Source of the DNA: Pseudomonadota bacterium
Lineage (GTDB): Bacteria; Pseudomonadota; Gammaproteobacteria; Ga0077536
DNA length: 64,000 bases
Assembly: GCA_036339995.1 (NCBI GenBank)
Contig: JAYYZW010000092.1
Coordinates: forward strand, 3,116 to 67,115
Direction of reading: 5' to 3'
Notes under the pieces: generated by a model
Told to the model about the DNA's origin: nothing
What the model saw: the letters and a program-made list of their open reading frames with translations, nothing else
Databases searched by the model: none
Made by a program: the position numbers and the translations under genes
In this document: in pieces, positions 48,579 to 58,518 of the stretch
Layout of the letters: each line of letters starts with the position of its first letter
Position numbering within the stretch: the first letter of the stretch is position 1

Positions 48579-49310
48579 ATGACCCAAGCAATCTGCGCAA
48601 TCGTCGGTGCTGGCGAGGGCCTCGGCCGCTCGCTGGCCGCCAAGTTCGCGAGTCAGGATTTCGATATCGCGCTCGTATCACGCTCGGAGAAGGGCAGTAG
48701 CGCAGCCGCGAGCGCGGCGGCCGCCGCGAAACCCTCGGCAAACGTCCAATATTTCACAGCGGATGCGAACCAGCCCGAAACCGTCGAGGAGGCGTTTGCG
48801 AAGATCGCTGCCGATATGGGCGACGTCGAAGTCCTGATCTACAACGCCCGCGGCGGCTACGCGCCGCGCGATCCGCTGGAGATGAGCTACGCGGAACTCG
48901 AAGAGATTTTTCGCCTGGAAGTCATCGGCGCCTTTGCCGCTGCCAAGTCAGTGCTGCCGGCCATGATTGAGAAAGGACACGGCAGCGTTCTCTTTTCCAG
49001 TGCGACCGCGGCCTTGCGCGGCTCGGGCACCAATCCGGTCTACGCCATCGGCAAGTTCGGCCTGCGCGCACTGTCGCAGAGCCTGGCCAAAGCCTATTCG
49101 AACAAAGGGGTACATATCGTGCACTTCAGGCTCGACTGCGCGCTGGACGTTCCAATGCTTCGGGAATACATGGGCGAGAAGTTCAAGGTCGAAGAAACGT
49201 CCAACACCGACGACGTTGCCGAAACTTATTGGTGGTCGCACCAGCAGCCGAAATCGGCCTGGAGCAACGAGATAGAAATCAGGCCTTATACCGAGGTGTG
49301 GACCTACTGA
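48579..49310 (+). CDS. SDR family oxidoreductase
   Basis: VGAGEGLG, YNA, YAIGK. Confidence 0.9.
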   Translation: MTQAICAIVGAGEGLGRSLAAKFASQDFDIALVSRSEKGSSAAASAAAAAKPSANVQYFTADANQPETVEEAFAKIAADMGDVEVLIYNARGGYAPRDPLEMSYAELEEIFRLEVIGAFAAAKSVLPAMIEKGHGSVLFSSATAALRGSGTNPVYAIGKFGLRALSQSLAKAYSNKGVHIVHFRLDCALDVPMLREYMGEKFKVEETSNTDDVAETYWWSHQQPKSAWSNEIEIRPYTEVWTY

Positions 49311-49332
49311 CCCGCGCGTGTTTATCTGAATA

Positions 49333-50085
49333 ATGGGCAAAATCGTCATCGTAACGGGTGCCAGCCGCGGTCTTGGACGGTCGATCGCGCTCGAACTGGC
49401 CGCTGCCGGAGGTCAGATAGCCTGTCTTGCAACCCGTGCCGAGAATGCGAACGGCACCGTGGCCGAGATCGAGGAAAATGGCGGCCGCGCGATGGCCGTG
49501 GGGTGCCGTGTAGAAATTGCCGACGAAGTGGCCACGGCGTTCCAGCACATCGAAAACGAACTCGGGCCGGTCGACATCCTCGTCAACAACGCGGGTATCT
49601 CGCGGCCAGAGTTGACCTTGGAGATGAGCGAGGAAAACTGGGATCTGCACATGGATGTCAACTGCAAATCAGTTTTTCTGTGCTCTCAGGCGGCCGCACG
49701 ACAGATGAAAACACACGGCGGCGGCGTCATCGTCAATATCGGTTCGATACTCGGACGTAACGCGTTTCCCGCCACCCTCGGCTATTGCACGTCCAAGGCC
49801 GCAGTGGATCACATGACCCGTGTCATGGCCATCGAGTGGGCGCGCTACGGTATACGGGTCAATTGCGTCGTGCCGGGCTATGTACGGACCGATCTGATCG
49901 ATCAACTGGCTGCGGAAGGCAAGCTTGCGATCAAAGATCTCGAACGTCGCACGCCGCAAAAGCGGCTCGGCACGGGCGCGGAAATCGCCAAGGCCGTATG
50001 CTACGTCGCCAGCGACGATGCTGCCTACATGACCGGCGAAACCATGGTCATCGACGGCGGCTGGACGGCGTTTGGGTATTACTAG
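49333..50085 (+). CDS. SDR family oxidoreductase
   Basis: TGASRGLG, VNNAG, YCTSK, IDGG. Confidence 0.93.
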   Translation: MGKIVIVTGASRGLGRSIALELAAAGGQIACLATRAENANGTVAEIEENGGRAMAVGCRVEIADEVATAFQHIENELGPVDILVNNAGISRPELTLEMSEENWDLHMDVNCKSVFLCSQAAARQMKTHGGGVIVNIGSILGRNAFPATLGYCTSKAAVDHMTRVMAIEWARYGIRVNCVVPGYVRTDLIDQLAAEGKLAIKDLERRTPQKRLGTGAEIAKAVCYVASDDAAYMTGETMVIDGGWTAFGYY

Positions 50086-50093
50086 GGGATCAA

Positions 50094-50903
50094 ATGAAGG
50101 AACTTAATGGAAAGGTCGCCGTCATTACCGGCGGAGCCAGCGGTATCGGACTCGAAACGGCGCGATTGCTGGCCGAAGAGGGAATGCGGCTGGTGCTGGC
50201 TGATATCGAACAGGGTGCACTCGACGAAGCCGCGCACGAACTGAGCCGGCACGGCGCGGACGTGATCGGGGTCAAAACCGATGTCGGTGAGCTGGGTGAT
50301 ATACGAGCCCTGGCCGACCAGACCTTCTCACACTTCGGCGCGGCGCACGTCGTTTTCAATAATGCGGGCGTGGCCGTGTTCGGGCCCATTCAGGAGATGA
50401 CCCATGCGGACTGGGAATGGGTTATCAAAGTCGATTTATGGGGCGTCATTCACGGCGTTGAGACCTTTCTCCCGCGCATGATCGAACAAAATCAGGGAGG
50501 TCATATCGTCAACACGGCGTCCTTTGCCGGACTCGTCCCCAACCAGGGTCTCGGCGTGTACTGTGTCGCGAAGTACGGCGTCGTCGCCCTGTCCGAATGC
50601 CTGGTGCGGGACGTCAAGCAGCACGACATCGGTGCTTCGGTATTGTGTCCGATGGTCGTCGCCACCAACATCAATCAGTCCGCACGCAACCGACCCGCCG
50701 AGTTTGGTGGCGCCGAGCGCGATCTAGACGTGCCTCCGGAACAGCGCGAGAAGATGCGCGGCCGCGTACTGCCGGTCGAGGGCGTCGCCGCGAAAGTCGT
50801 CAAGGCGATCAAGAACAACGAGCTGTACATCGTGACTCACGAAGAATCACGTGAGTTCATCCGGCGAAGATTCGCGCGTATCGACAAGGCTTTCGACGCC
50901 TGA
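50094..50903 (+). CDS. SDR family oxidoreductase
   Basis: TGGASGIG, FNNAG, YCVAK. Start set at MKELNGK. Confidence 0.92.
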   Translation: MKELNGKVAVITGGASGIGLETARLLAEEGMRLVLADIEQGALDEAAHELSRHGADVIGVKTDVGELGDIRALADQTFSHFGAAHVVFNNAGVAVFGPIQEMTHADWEWVIKVDLWGVIHGVETFLPRMIEQNQGGHIVNTASFAGLVPNQGLGVYCVAKYGVVALSECLVRDVKQHDIGASVLCPMVVATNINQSARNRPAEFGGAERDLDVPPEQREKMRGRVLPVEGVAAKVVKAIKNNELYIVTHEESREFIRRRFARIDKAFDA

Positions 50904-51007
50904 TTGCGAACGCGATAAACTCTAGGAGGTCGGCAATATTCGGCTAAAACGCGCATTAGCTGAATTACTCTGACCCCTTGCAGCGTACCCCTTAAAGGAA
51001 CTCAAGC

Positions 51008-51457
51008 ATGCATCGATGGTTTGTCTTCATCGTCATTGTGGGGCTACCGCTGCTGCCGGTCGCCGATAACTTTTGCTCCGTGGACCGCCCTGGAAAGGTC
51101 TTCGATGCCTTGCAAGCCATTGACGACTCGGGTGAGGAGCGTCTGCAAGTCGCACTCAATCAACTGTCAGAGCAGGAAAACTGGTCGCCGAGCGATCGGG
51201 AAAGCTATACGCTGAAATTAGTCGACAATCCGCACACGAATGCGATGGAAAAGCGGCGCAGCGACCTCGTCTCAGAAATCTTTCGTGTCCTGGCGAGGAC
51301 GCCTATCAACTGTGACAAACTGGACGCGCTCGAGACGGAAATACTCGATATCGAACGGCAGCAATGGAACGATGCGGTTCGCCACGTAGAGGAACGGCTC
51401 GAGCACGGTTCGCGTGTGCAGGGGTCGAGAGTAAAAGAGTTAAAATCCTTCAGCTAA
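51008..51457 (+). CDS. exported helical hypothetical protein
   Basis: Signal-peptide-like N-terminus, two Cys, AAGGAA RBS. Confidence 0.65.
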   Translation: MHRWFVFIVIVGLPLLPVADNFCSVDRPGKVFDALQAIDDSGEERLQVALNQLSEQENWSPSDRESYTLKLVDNPHTNAMEKRRSDLVSEIFRVLARTPINCDKLDALETEILDIERQQWNDAVRHVEERLEHGSRVQGSRVKELKSFS

Positions 51458-51460
51458 AGC

Positions 51461-53194
51461 TTGCGTTCGCTGAATGACTTTGATTCCTCCCAAAAATTCG
51501 ACACCACCATAGTCATCAGTAAACGCTTTCTTGTCGTCGTCTGTATCCTGCTCGCAGGTATCTGCGCGTCACGCGCGGCACAATTGGCGTGGCTCGCCGA
51601 CGACAGCTTCATCTCCTTCCGTTACGCGCAAAACCTGGTCGACGGATTGGGACTGGTTTATAACGCCGGCGAATACGTGGAAGGCTACACCAATCTGCTA
51701 TGGACGCTAATGATGGCGGCATCGATGGCAGCCGGTGCCGCGCCCGAAGCGGCGTCCCAGGTTCTCGGCATTCTGTGCTGGCTCGCCCTGGCCGGTGCCC
51801 TGCTCGCGTGGAGCCGGCATCGCGCCTCGCATGCCGGTCTTGCCTTCCTCCCACTCGCCGCCGCACTCGTTCTCATAGTCGAAGACTTTCAGGTGTGGGC
51901 GACGGGCGGACTCGAAACCAGCCTTTTCGCACTGCTCTCGACATCAGGATTGCTACTCGTCGCTGCAGGTCGGCGGCCACGCCGCCATTTGGTCGCGGCC
52001 GCTGTTCTGCTGGGCCTGGCGATGATGACGCGACCGGATGGCGCCATATTTGCCGCGATCGCGGTCTTCGCGGCGTGGTCGAATGACGAGGGGACGACCC
52101 GTAGCGATCGCCTGGCGGATATCGGCTGCATTGTGGTCCCACTCGTATTGATCGGCACCGCCCTGGTCACTTTCAAGCTCAGTTATTACGGTGACTTGTT
52201 TCCGACTGCGTTCTATTCCAAGTCGGCGCTCGACCCCTACTACGATCAGGGTCTGTTCTACGTCTATCTCTTCTTCAAACACAACTGGGCGGTCCTTGCC
52301 CTGGTCGCTTTCGCGGCATGGAGCATCACCCGCAGAGGAGCGACGCGAATCGATCGCAGCCGCGCGATTTTCGGCAGCGCCTTCATCGGTTTTACGCTGT
52401 ACGTCGTTCATAGCGGCGGGGATTTCATGTACGCGCGACGTCTGATCCCGGCGGTGCCGTTTCTGCTTCTCGTTGTGGAAGACATACTCGTATCAGATCC
52501 GCGGCGCCGAATCGCCGCCGCGATTTTCTTTGCCGGCCTCCTCACCGCAGCCTTGCCATTAAAGATCTATCCCGATCACGCTGACCGTATCAACGGTATT
52601 GCCAATGAACGCGAGTTCTATCCGGAAGAATATTTCAAAACTTGGCGGCAGCGCGGTGCGATCGCGTCCGCGTCACTTCAAGGCGCGCCCTTGCGCGCGA
52701 TGTTCCAGGGCGGTATGTGTGTGTTCGGATATTACAGTGCCTTGCCCTACCTGGCGGAAATGACCGGGCTCACCCAGTATTCGCTGGCCAAGCAGCCACT
52801 CGCCGAACGCGGCCTCGTCGGTCATGAAAAAACTGCCGACGACGCCTGGCTGACGGCCCATGAGATCCACATGATCTTTCTTAGATCGACGCCACCCCCC
52901 GCTTCCGACGGCCGCCGCCGTGTCGACCTCGTCCGATTTGGTTGTAACTTGAGCGCGAAGATCTGGATCTACTCCGACGCGATCATGGACCGCCTGCGTA
53001 ATGACGAGAATGTCGATTTCGTCCCGATAGAAGACGTACTGGCCCAGGCGGAGCGAAAGATCGCAGAAGCACCCTATTTGGAAGCACGGGACATTCTGAA
53101 CTTCCTCGAACGGTACTATTTTCGAACCGCAGGATCAGAGCGGCAGGCCGTGGCCGAGCGTTTACGCTCGCTGGTCGCAAGCAGGCGCGAGTGA
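51461..53194 (+). CDS. GT-C-type integral membrane glycosyltransferase (AftB/ArnT-like)
   Basis: LADDSFISFRYAQNL, VEGYTNLLW, GLETSL, TRPDGA, GGDFM; many TM segments. Start uncertain. Confidence 0.75.
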   Translation: MRSLNDFDSSQKFDTTIVISKRFLVVVCILLAGICASRAAQLAWLADDSFISFRYAQNLVDGLGLVYNAGEYVEGYTNLLWTLMMAASMAAGAAPEAASQVLGILCWLALAGALLAWSRHRASHAGLAFLPLAAALVLIVEDFQVWATGGLETSLFALLSTSGLLLVAAGRRPRRHLVAAAVLLGLAMMTRPDGAIFAAIAVFAAWSNDEGTTRSDRLADIGCIVVPLVLIGTALVTFKLSYYGDLFPTAFYSKSALDPYYDQGLFYVYLFFKHNWAVLALVAFAAWSITRRGATRIDRSRAIFGSAFIGFTLYVVHSGGDFMYARRLIPAVPFLLLVVEDILVSDPRRRIAAAIFFAGLLTAALPLKIYPDHADRINGIANEREFYPEEYFKTWRQRGAIASASLQGAPLRAMFQGGMCVFGYYSALPYLAEMTGLTQYSLAKQPLAERGLVGHEKTADDAWLTAHEIHMIFLRSTPPPASDGRRRVDLVRFGCNLSAKIWIYSDAIMDRLRNDENVDFVPIEDVLAQAERKIAEAPYLEARDILNFLERYYFRTAGSERQAVAERLRSLVASRRE

Positions 53195-53249
53195 AGAGAC
53201 TGAAGTCGTACAGTTAAAGCGCGCTTTGCTTGAACGACGCTGACCCTTC

Positions 53250-54770
53250 CTATTTGACCCCGAGCGTCGGGATCTTATGCTCACCCAGCGCGACACAGAT
53301 GTTTTTCCGCTCCATGTAGAAATCGAAGCTGTAATCACCACCGTCGCGGCCGATCCCGCTCGCTTTCATACCGCCGAAGGGCGCCAGCAGGTGTCGGTTG
53401 TTTTCCGAGTTGATCCAGATCATACCCGCGTCGAGATCGCGCGAAAAGCGGTGCGCTCGCGAGATGTCGCGCGTCCATAGGTAGCCGGCAAGCCCGTAAT
53501 CTACGTCGTTTGCGATCGTCAGGGCCTCGTCTTCGTCCTCGAACGCGATGGCGGTGAGTACCGGTCCGAAAATTTCCTCCTGGGCGATGCGCATACCGGC
53601 CTTTGCCGATGTAAAAAGAGTTGGCTCGACGAAAGTGCCGCCGGGCAAGCAAGTAGCCACCGTACCGCCAGTGGCAATGACGGCGCCCTCGTTCTCGGCA
53701 ATCCGGAAGTACTCCTCGACCTTCGCGAGATGACGCCGGTGGATCAAGGGGCCGATCTCGGTAGCGGGATCGAGTGGATGACCGACCTTGATTGTCCGTG
53801 CCCGCTCTGCAATGCGGTCAGTGAATTCATCGTAGATGTTCGCCTGTACCAGCACCCGGCTCGATGAAGTGCAGCGCTCGCCGTTTAAGCTATAGATCAT
53901 GAACACCACCGCGTCGAGCGCGCGGTCGAGATCGGCGTCATCGAAAACAATCACCGGATTCTTGCCGCCGAGTTCGAAATGGACGCGCTTCAAGCTCGGT
54001 GCGCCCTGCGCCATAATGTGGCTGCCGGTCCGCGACTCCCCAACGAACGCGATCGCCTTGATCGCTTCGTGCTCGGTCAGTGCCTTGCCCGCCTCTTCAC
54101 CGAAGCCGTGAACGGTATTCAATACACCCGCAGGTAAGCCGGCCTCCGTACATATCTCGGCGAGCATGGCCGCGGTCAGCGGGCTCCATTCGGCGGGTTT
54201 ATGGACGACCGTGCAGCCCGCCGCGAGCGCCGGCGCAATTTTCCAGGTCGACAACATGAACGGTGTGTTCCAGGGCGTGATGACGCCTACCGGGCCAATG
54301 GGTTGGCGCAAGGTGTAGTTCACATGCTGTTCAGCGGGCAGCGACAAGCCGTCGCGGGCTTCAGGCGCGCGGTCGGCGAAGAACCGGAAGTTTTCCGCAG
54401 CGCGAATCGCGGCTTTGCTCATGAAGCGAAGCGGCTGACCGGTGTCGATACTTTCGATCAGCGCGATGTCGTCCTTGCGGGCAATGATGACGTCGGCAAT
54501 GCGGTGCAGCAACGCTTTGCGCTGGGAGCCTGCCATGCGCTGCCACGCGGGAAAGGCGGCCTGAGCTGCCGCGGCGGCGCGGTCGACGTCATCCGCGGTA
54601 CCACTCGCGACCTCACCGAGGACGCTGTTGTCGACCGGCGTCAGGTTTTGAAACGTTGCGACGGCGCCCATGTTAGGACCACCGTCGATGAAATGCGCAA
54701 GCACGTCAGATCGATATCGTTCGAGCAAGGGCTCGAGACGCGCGAGATTCTCTTGCAGTTCTTTGTTCAC
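53250..54770 (-). CDS. hpaE: 5-carboxymethyl-2-hydroxymuconate semialdehyde dehydrogenase
   Basis: ITPWNTPFMLSTWKIAPALA, FELGGKNP, YSLNGERCTSSSR, GRDGGDYSFDFY. Confidence 0.9.
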   Translation of the reverse strand: MNKELQENLARLEPLLERYRSDVLAHFIDGGPNMGAVATFQNLTPVDNSVLGEVASGTADDVDRAAAAAQAAFPAWQRMAGSQRKALLHRIADVIIARKDDIALIESIDTGQPLRFMSKAAIRAAENFRFFADRAPEARDGLSLPAEQHVNYTLRQPIGPVGVITPWNTPFMLSTWKIAPALAAGCTVVHKPAEWSPLTAAMLAEICTEAGLPAGVLNTVHGFGEEAGKALTEHEAIKAIAFVGESRTGSHIMAQGAPSLKRVHFELGGKNPVIVFDDADLDRALDAVVFMIYSLNGERCTSSSRVLVQANIYDEFTDRIAERARTIKVGHPLDPATEIGPLIHRRHLAKVEEYFRIAENEGAVIATGGTVATCLPGGTFVEPTLFTSAKAGMRIAQEEIFGPVLTAIAFEDEDEALTIANDVDYGLAGYLWTRDISRAHRFSRDLDAGMIWINSENNRHLLAPFGGMKASGIGRDGGDYSFDFYMERKNICVALGEHKIPTLGVK

Positions 54771-54840
54771 ACTTGCTTGCTTCTACCGCCGAAGGGCGGC
54801 GCAGCCGGAAGACCCAGGAATCTGTGTTGCATTGCGGCTC

Positions 54841-55239
54841 CTAGCGCTCCGCTTCACGGCGCTCGATCCATTGTGGAAGATTGTTACTCTTGAAATTAAG
54901 ATCGGGATCCATTTCCTGCATCTCAAATGAAATCGCCAACGGCATGCGATCCGACAGCGGCGCGAGGTGGGTAGTGGCCGCGTTGAATATCGCCTGGCAG
55001 CCCGCCTTCTTGATCTCGAGCGTGCGGCCATGCCCGATGCGGGCAAGTAAGTGGATGAAGGCATTGTCCGGGTGACCGTCGGCAATGCGATAACGATCGC
55101 GCCGCACCGCGCGGGTTCTTATCCCTTTCAAGGGGAAGATTCCCGTGGCGAGTGCGGCTTCGTGAATGACCCGCACGAATTCGGAGATATCCAGCTCATT
55201 ATCCAAATTGGCCGAATATTCGATGATGAAATGCGGCAT
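54841..55239 (-). CDS. hpaF: 5-carboxymethyl-2-hydroxymuconate isomerase
   Basis: N-terminal Pro MPHFIIEYSANL, GIFPLKGIRTRA, IGHGR. Confidence 0.9.
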   Translation of the reverse strand: MPHFIIEYSANLDNELDISEFVRVIHEAALATGIFPLKGIRTRAVRRDRYRIADGHPDNAFIHLLARIGHGRTLEIKKAGCQAIFNAATTHLAPLSDRMPLAISFEMQEMDPDLNFKSNNLPQWIERREAER

Positions 55240-55289
55240 GGGCTTGTGATCCTCGCCTAATTTCAAGATTTGCCAGCATAGCTCAGATA

Positions 55290-55305
55290 ACTTAACATGT
55301 TAAGT
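55290..55305. promoter_or_regulatory. putative HpaR operator in the divergent promoter region
   Basis: Perfect 16-bp palindrome ACTTAACATGTTAAGT (TTAA-N4-TTAA core). Confidence 0.75.
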
Positions 55306-55343
55306 ACATTTTTGAGAGGCACCCTCAGTGGAGCGGCAGCGGC

Positions 55344-56201
55344 ATGAGACTGGCGAGCTACCGGTACGAAAACGAAGATACTTTCGGGGTCGTCACCGAC
55401 GACGGCCTCATCGACCTCAGTAAACGCCTGGGGCCCGGGGTTCGAAGCCTCAAGGGCCTGATAGCGGCGAACCGGATGGACCAGGCCCGCGAGATTGCCG
55501 CGAGGGTTTCGCCCGATTGCGGCCTCGATGAAATCTCCTTTCTTCCCACGATCACCGGTCCCGAGAAAATCGTTTGTATTGGCGTCAACTACGTCAATCG
55601 CAACGAGGAATACAAAGACGGCTCACCGCTCCCGGAATTCCCGAGCGTATTCATGCGCACGCGCGAATCATTGGTCGGGCACCAGCACCCCTTGATCAGG
55701 CCGCCCGAATCGGAGCAGCTCGATTACGAAGGCGAAATAGCTATCATCATCGGCAAGGAGGGGCGCCGTATCGCCGAAGATCGGGCTCATGAACACATCG
55801 CGGGTCTCTCGGTCCTGAACGAGGGATCGATACGTGACTGGTTGCGCCACGCCAAATTCAACGTCACCCAGGGCAAAAACTTCGAACGTTCCGGCGCGCT
55901 CGGGCCGTGGATGGTTACCACTGACGAGATTTCCGATTACGAGAACCTGTGGTTGACGACTCGTGTAAATGGCGAGATGCGCCAACACGATACGACCGCC
56001 AACCTGCTCTTTCCGTTTCGGTATTTGATCCGCTACCTGTCGACGTTCATGCGGCTGAAACCCGGCGACGTGATCTCAACCGGCACGCCGAATGGCGCCG
56101 GTGCACGCTTTGACCCGCCGAAGTATCTCAAGCCGGGCGACGTCGTCGAAGTGGAAGTGCCGGGGGTCGGCACGCTTGTCAATTCGGTCATCGATGAATA
56201 G
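55344..56201 (+). CDS. fumarylacetoacetate hydrolase family protein (HpaG-like decarboxylase/isomerase)
   Basis: KIVCIGVNY, LDYEGE, TQGKNF, GDVISTGTP; hpa context. Confidence 0.88.
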   Translation: MRLASYRYENEDTFGVVTDDGLIDLSKRLGPGVRSLKGLIAANRMDQAREIAARVSPDCGLDEISFLPTITGPEKIVCIGVNYVNRNEEYKDGSPLPEFPSVFMRTRESLVGHQHPLIRPPESEQLDYEGEIAIIIGKEGRRIAEDRAHEHIAGLSVLNEGSIRDWLRHAKFNVTQGKNFERSGALGPWMVTTDEISDYENLWLTTRVNGEMRQHDTTANLLFPFRYLIRYLSTFMRLKPGDVISTGTPNGAGARFDPPKYLKPGDVVEVEVPGVGTLVNSVIDE

Positions 56202-56277
56202 GCGAGCGGCGGTTGACGGGATCGCGGTACGTAAACGGCCGACGGGTAGCGTCGCGCAAGGGCGGCATACGCTGCCG

Positions 56278-56706
56278 ATGCGCGATTTCTCGCATTCCCT
56301 GCCAATGGCTTTGCTCAATACGCGCGAGAAGGTCATGGAGGAGTTTCGCCCGATGCTGCGCGGATTCGCATTGACCGAGCAGCAGTGGCGCGTGATCCGC
56401 ATCCTGGTCGAAGCGAGTCCGATCGAGGCGACCGAACTCGCAGCGCGAAGTCGCATTCTGGCGCCAAGCCTTACCCGCATCCTGCAGAATCTCGAGCTGC
56501 GCAGCCTGATCTCTCGTCGGGCCATCCGCGCGGATCAACGCCGAGCAGCTATCAGGCTGACGGCCAGAGGAAGGCGACTTTTCAATCGCGTGGCGCCGCA
56601 TTCGGAAACGCATTACGCTTCGATCACGACGGCGCTCGGAGCCGGTAAACTGAATAAGCTTTTCAGCCTTCTCGAAGAATTGGTCGACAGGCTCGATGAT
56701 TCGTAA
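56278..56706 (+). CDS. hpaR: MarR-family homoprotocatechuate operon regulator (paralog 1)
   Basis: HSLPMALLNTREKVMEEFRPML...LTEQQWRVIRIL...PSLTRIL. Alternative start at 56194. Confidence 0.85.
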   Translation: MRDFSHSLPMALLNTREKVMEEFRPMLRGFALTEQQWRVIRILVEASPIEATELAARSRILAPSLTRILQNLELRSLISRRAIRADQRRAAIRLTARGRRLFNRVAPHSETHYASITTALGAGKLNKLFSLLEELVDRLDDS

Positions 56707-56715
56707 AGTGCCAGT

Positions 56716-57018
56716 ATGAGTCTCTACTACGTACAGAAACTGCTTTACCAACTCAATCGCGACGCGCACGCGCGCGAGCGCTTTGAGGTGGACATCGACG
56801 CGCTGCTCGACGATTACGAACTCACTAATGAGGAAATCGAAGCTATCAAGCAGGGCGATATTGGGCTGCTCTACATCATGGGCGTGAACGGACAGATCCT
56901 CATGCATTACGCCGCCATGCGCGGGTATGCCTGGGACGAATATCTGGAATCCATGCGCACTTCGCTGCGCGAACATGGCGAGGTCCGAGCCGGGCTCTAT
57001 GGCACGGTCTGGGAGTAG
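56716..57018 (+). CDS. LigA-like aromatic ring-opening dioxygenase small subunit
   Basis: MSLYYVQKLLYQLNRD...YELTNEE...GDIGLLYIMGVNGQILMH; 3 nt before the LigB-like gene. Confidence 0.8.
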   Translation: MSLYYVQKLLYQLNRDAHARERFEVDIDALLDDYELTNEEIEAIKQGDIGLLYIMGVNGQILMHYAAMRGYAWDEYLESMRTSLREHGEVRAGLYGTVWE

Positions 57019-57021
57019 CGG

Positions 57022-57843
57022 ATGAGCCTGGTCTTTGCGGGAGCCTGTTCGCACGCACCGGGGATCACCGGGCGCTCGGAACGCGCAGACCCTGAAATCC
57101 GCGATGCTTTCTACGCGGCCTTCGATCGGCTGCGCGGCGCGCTCGAAGCATCACGACCGGACGTCCTCATCGTGATCGGCGCCGAGCACTTCGCCAATTT
57201 TTTCATGGATAACATGCCGGCCATCTGCATGGGTATGGCGGAATATTATGAAGGTCCGATAGAGGATGAAGAGTGGCTCGGGATTAAGTACCGGAAGGTA
57301 CCAGGCAATCCCGTGCTGTCCGAGCGCTTGATCAAGACGGTGATGCAGGACATTGATCTCGCGTATGCACAGGAATGGAAATTCGATCACGGCATCATCG
57401 TACCGTTGCATTTCCTGGCTCCGCGGAACGACCTACCGGTCATTCCGGTAAACATCAACTGCCAGGGCCCGCCGCTCATTCCCCTGCACCGCTGTTATGA
57501 ATTCGGTCGCGCACTCAGGCGCGCTTGCGACGCCCAGTCCGAGCGCATTGCCATTGTTGGCACCGGCGGGATTTCACACTGGCCGGCAACACCCGATTCA
57601 GGCACCATCAACGAAGCTTGGGATCGCGAGTTTCTCGAACGCTTCGTGAACAACGAACGCGACGCGCTGCTCGCTTACACCGATGAAGACACCTACCGCG
57701 AAGCGGGCCAGGGAGGATTCGAGATCCGCACCTTCGTCGCGGTCGCCGGCGCGACCGAGGGCGCGCGAGGCGAACTTTGGTTTTATGCACCCATCCCCAT
57801 CTTCGCGGTTGGCTGCACGATCGCGACGATGGCCGTCGCCTGA
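57022..57843 (+). CDS. LigB/MhpB-like extradiol ring-cleavage dioxygenase
   Basis: CSHAPG, AEHFANFF, FDHGIIVPL, GTGGISHW, GGFEIRTF. Confidence 0.9.
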   Translation: MSLVFAGACSHAPGITGRSERADPEIRDAFYAAFDRLRGALEASRPDVLIVIGAEHFANFFMDNMPAICMGMAEYYEGPIEDEEWLGIKYRKVPGNPVLSERLIKTVMQDIDLAYAQEWKFDHGIIVPLHFLAPRNDLPVIPVNINCQGPPLIPLHRCYEFGRALRRACDAQSERIAIVGTGGISHWPATPDSGTINEAWDREFLERFVNNERDALLAYTDEDTYREAGQGGFEIRTFVAVAGATEGARGELWFYAPIPIFAVGCTIATMAVA

Positions 57844-58037
57844 TTTGGCGCTTTCCTGAGAAACCAGCGGGCGCCGGATCCCAAGGGCGCGTGCCAACCG
57901 CTACCCGTCACGCCGTATTTAAACAATTCCCTCTACGCAAGGATTACCCGCGAGCGGGTGCACCTGATATCCACAAAGTCATTCTCCGGGAGTGAAGATG
58001 GAACTTGCTTTTATCGGCAATTGCGATATCTTGATTT

Positions 58038-58055
58038 TAATTAATATATTAATTA
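58038..58055. promoter_or_regulatory. putative HpaR operator upstream of hpaR2-hpaB
   Basis: Perfect 18-bp palindrome TAATTAATATATTAATTA (TTAA-N4-TTAA core), 7 nt before the ATG. Confidence 0.7.
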
Positions 58056-58062
58056 CTAATAT

Positions 58063-58494
58063 ATGAATCAATTCGATCGCTCACTGCCGATGATGCTGTA
58101 CCGCACGCTGGACGTGGTGATGCCCGAGTTTCGCGCAATCTTCAAGCGTTTCAGGTTAACCGAGCAGCAATGGCGCGTTTTACGTGTGCTGTGGGAGCGC
58201 GATGGTTGTGCACTGCTCGAACTTGCCGAAGCAACCTGTGTATCGGGGCCCAGTCTCGTCGGCGTTATTGACCGGCTGTCCCGGGATGGCCTAGTAAGGC
58301 GCCGGCGATCGGATACCGATCGACGGGTAGTGCGAATCAGCCTCACGCGCAAGGGACGCCAGCTCGAAAAGCGAGTCGTTCCATTGGTCGACGAGGCCTA
58401 CCGGCGATTGGAGCGATCGATAAGCCGGCCCGACTGGCTGGCCTTGATGAAAGGCTTGGACGCCGTCATGACGGCGAGTCCGCAGGAACAGTAG
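58063..58494 (+). CDS. hpaR: MarR-family HpaR-like regulator (paralog 2)
   Basis: RSLPMMLYRTLDVVMPEFR...LTEQQWRVLRVLW...PSLVGVIDRL. Confidence 0.82.
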   Translation: MNQFDRSLPMMLYRTLDVVMPEFRAIFKRFRLTEQQWRVLRVLWERDGCALLELAEATCVSGPSLVGVIDRLSRDGLVRRRRSDTDRRVVRISLTRKGRQLEKRVVPLVDEAYRRLERSISRPDWLALMKGLDAVMTASPQEQ

Positions 58495-58518
58495 AGCCAA
58501 CCCGAGAGGATAGAAACC

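Noticed and set aside
49785-50093. N-terminal extensions in the ORF track (also 47038, 29612, 34922, 18011)
   Set aside because: They overlap neighbouring genes or non-coding DNA; family homology begins at the downstream starts I used.
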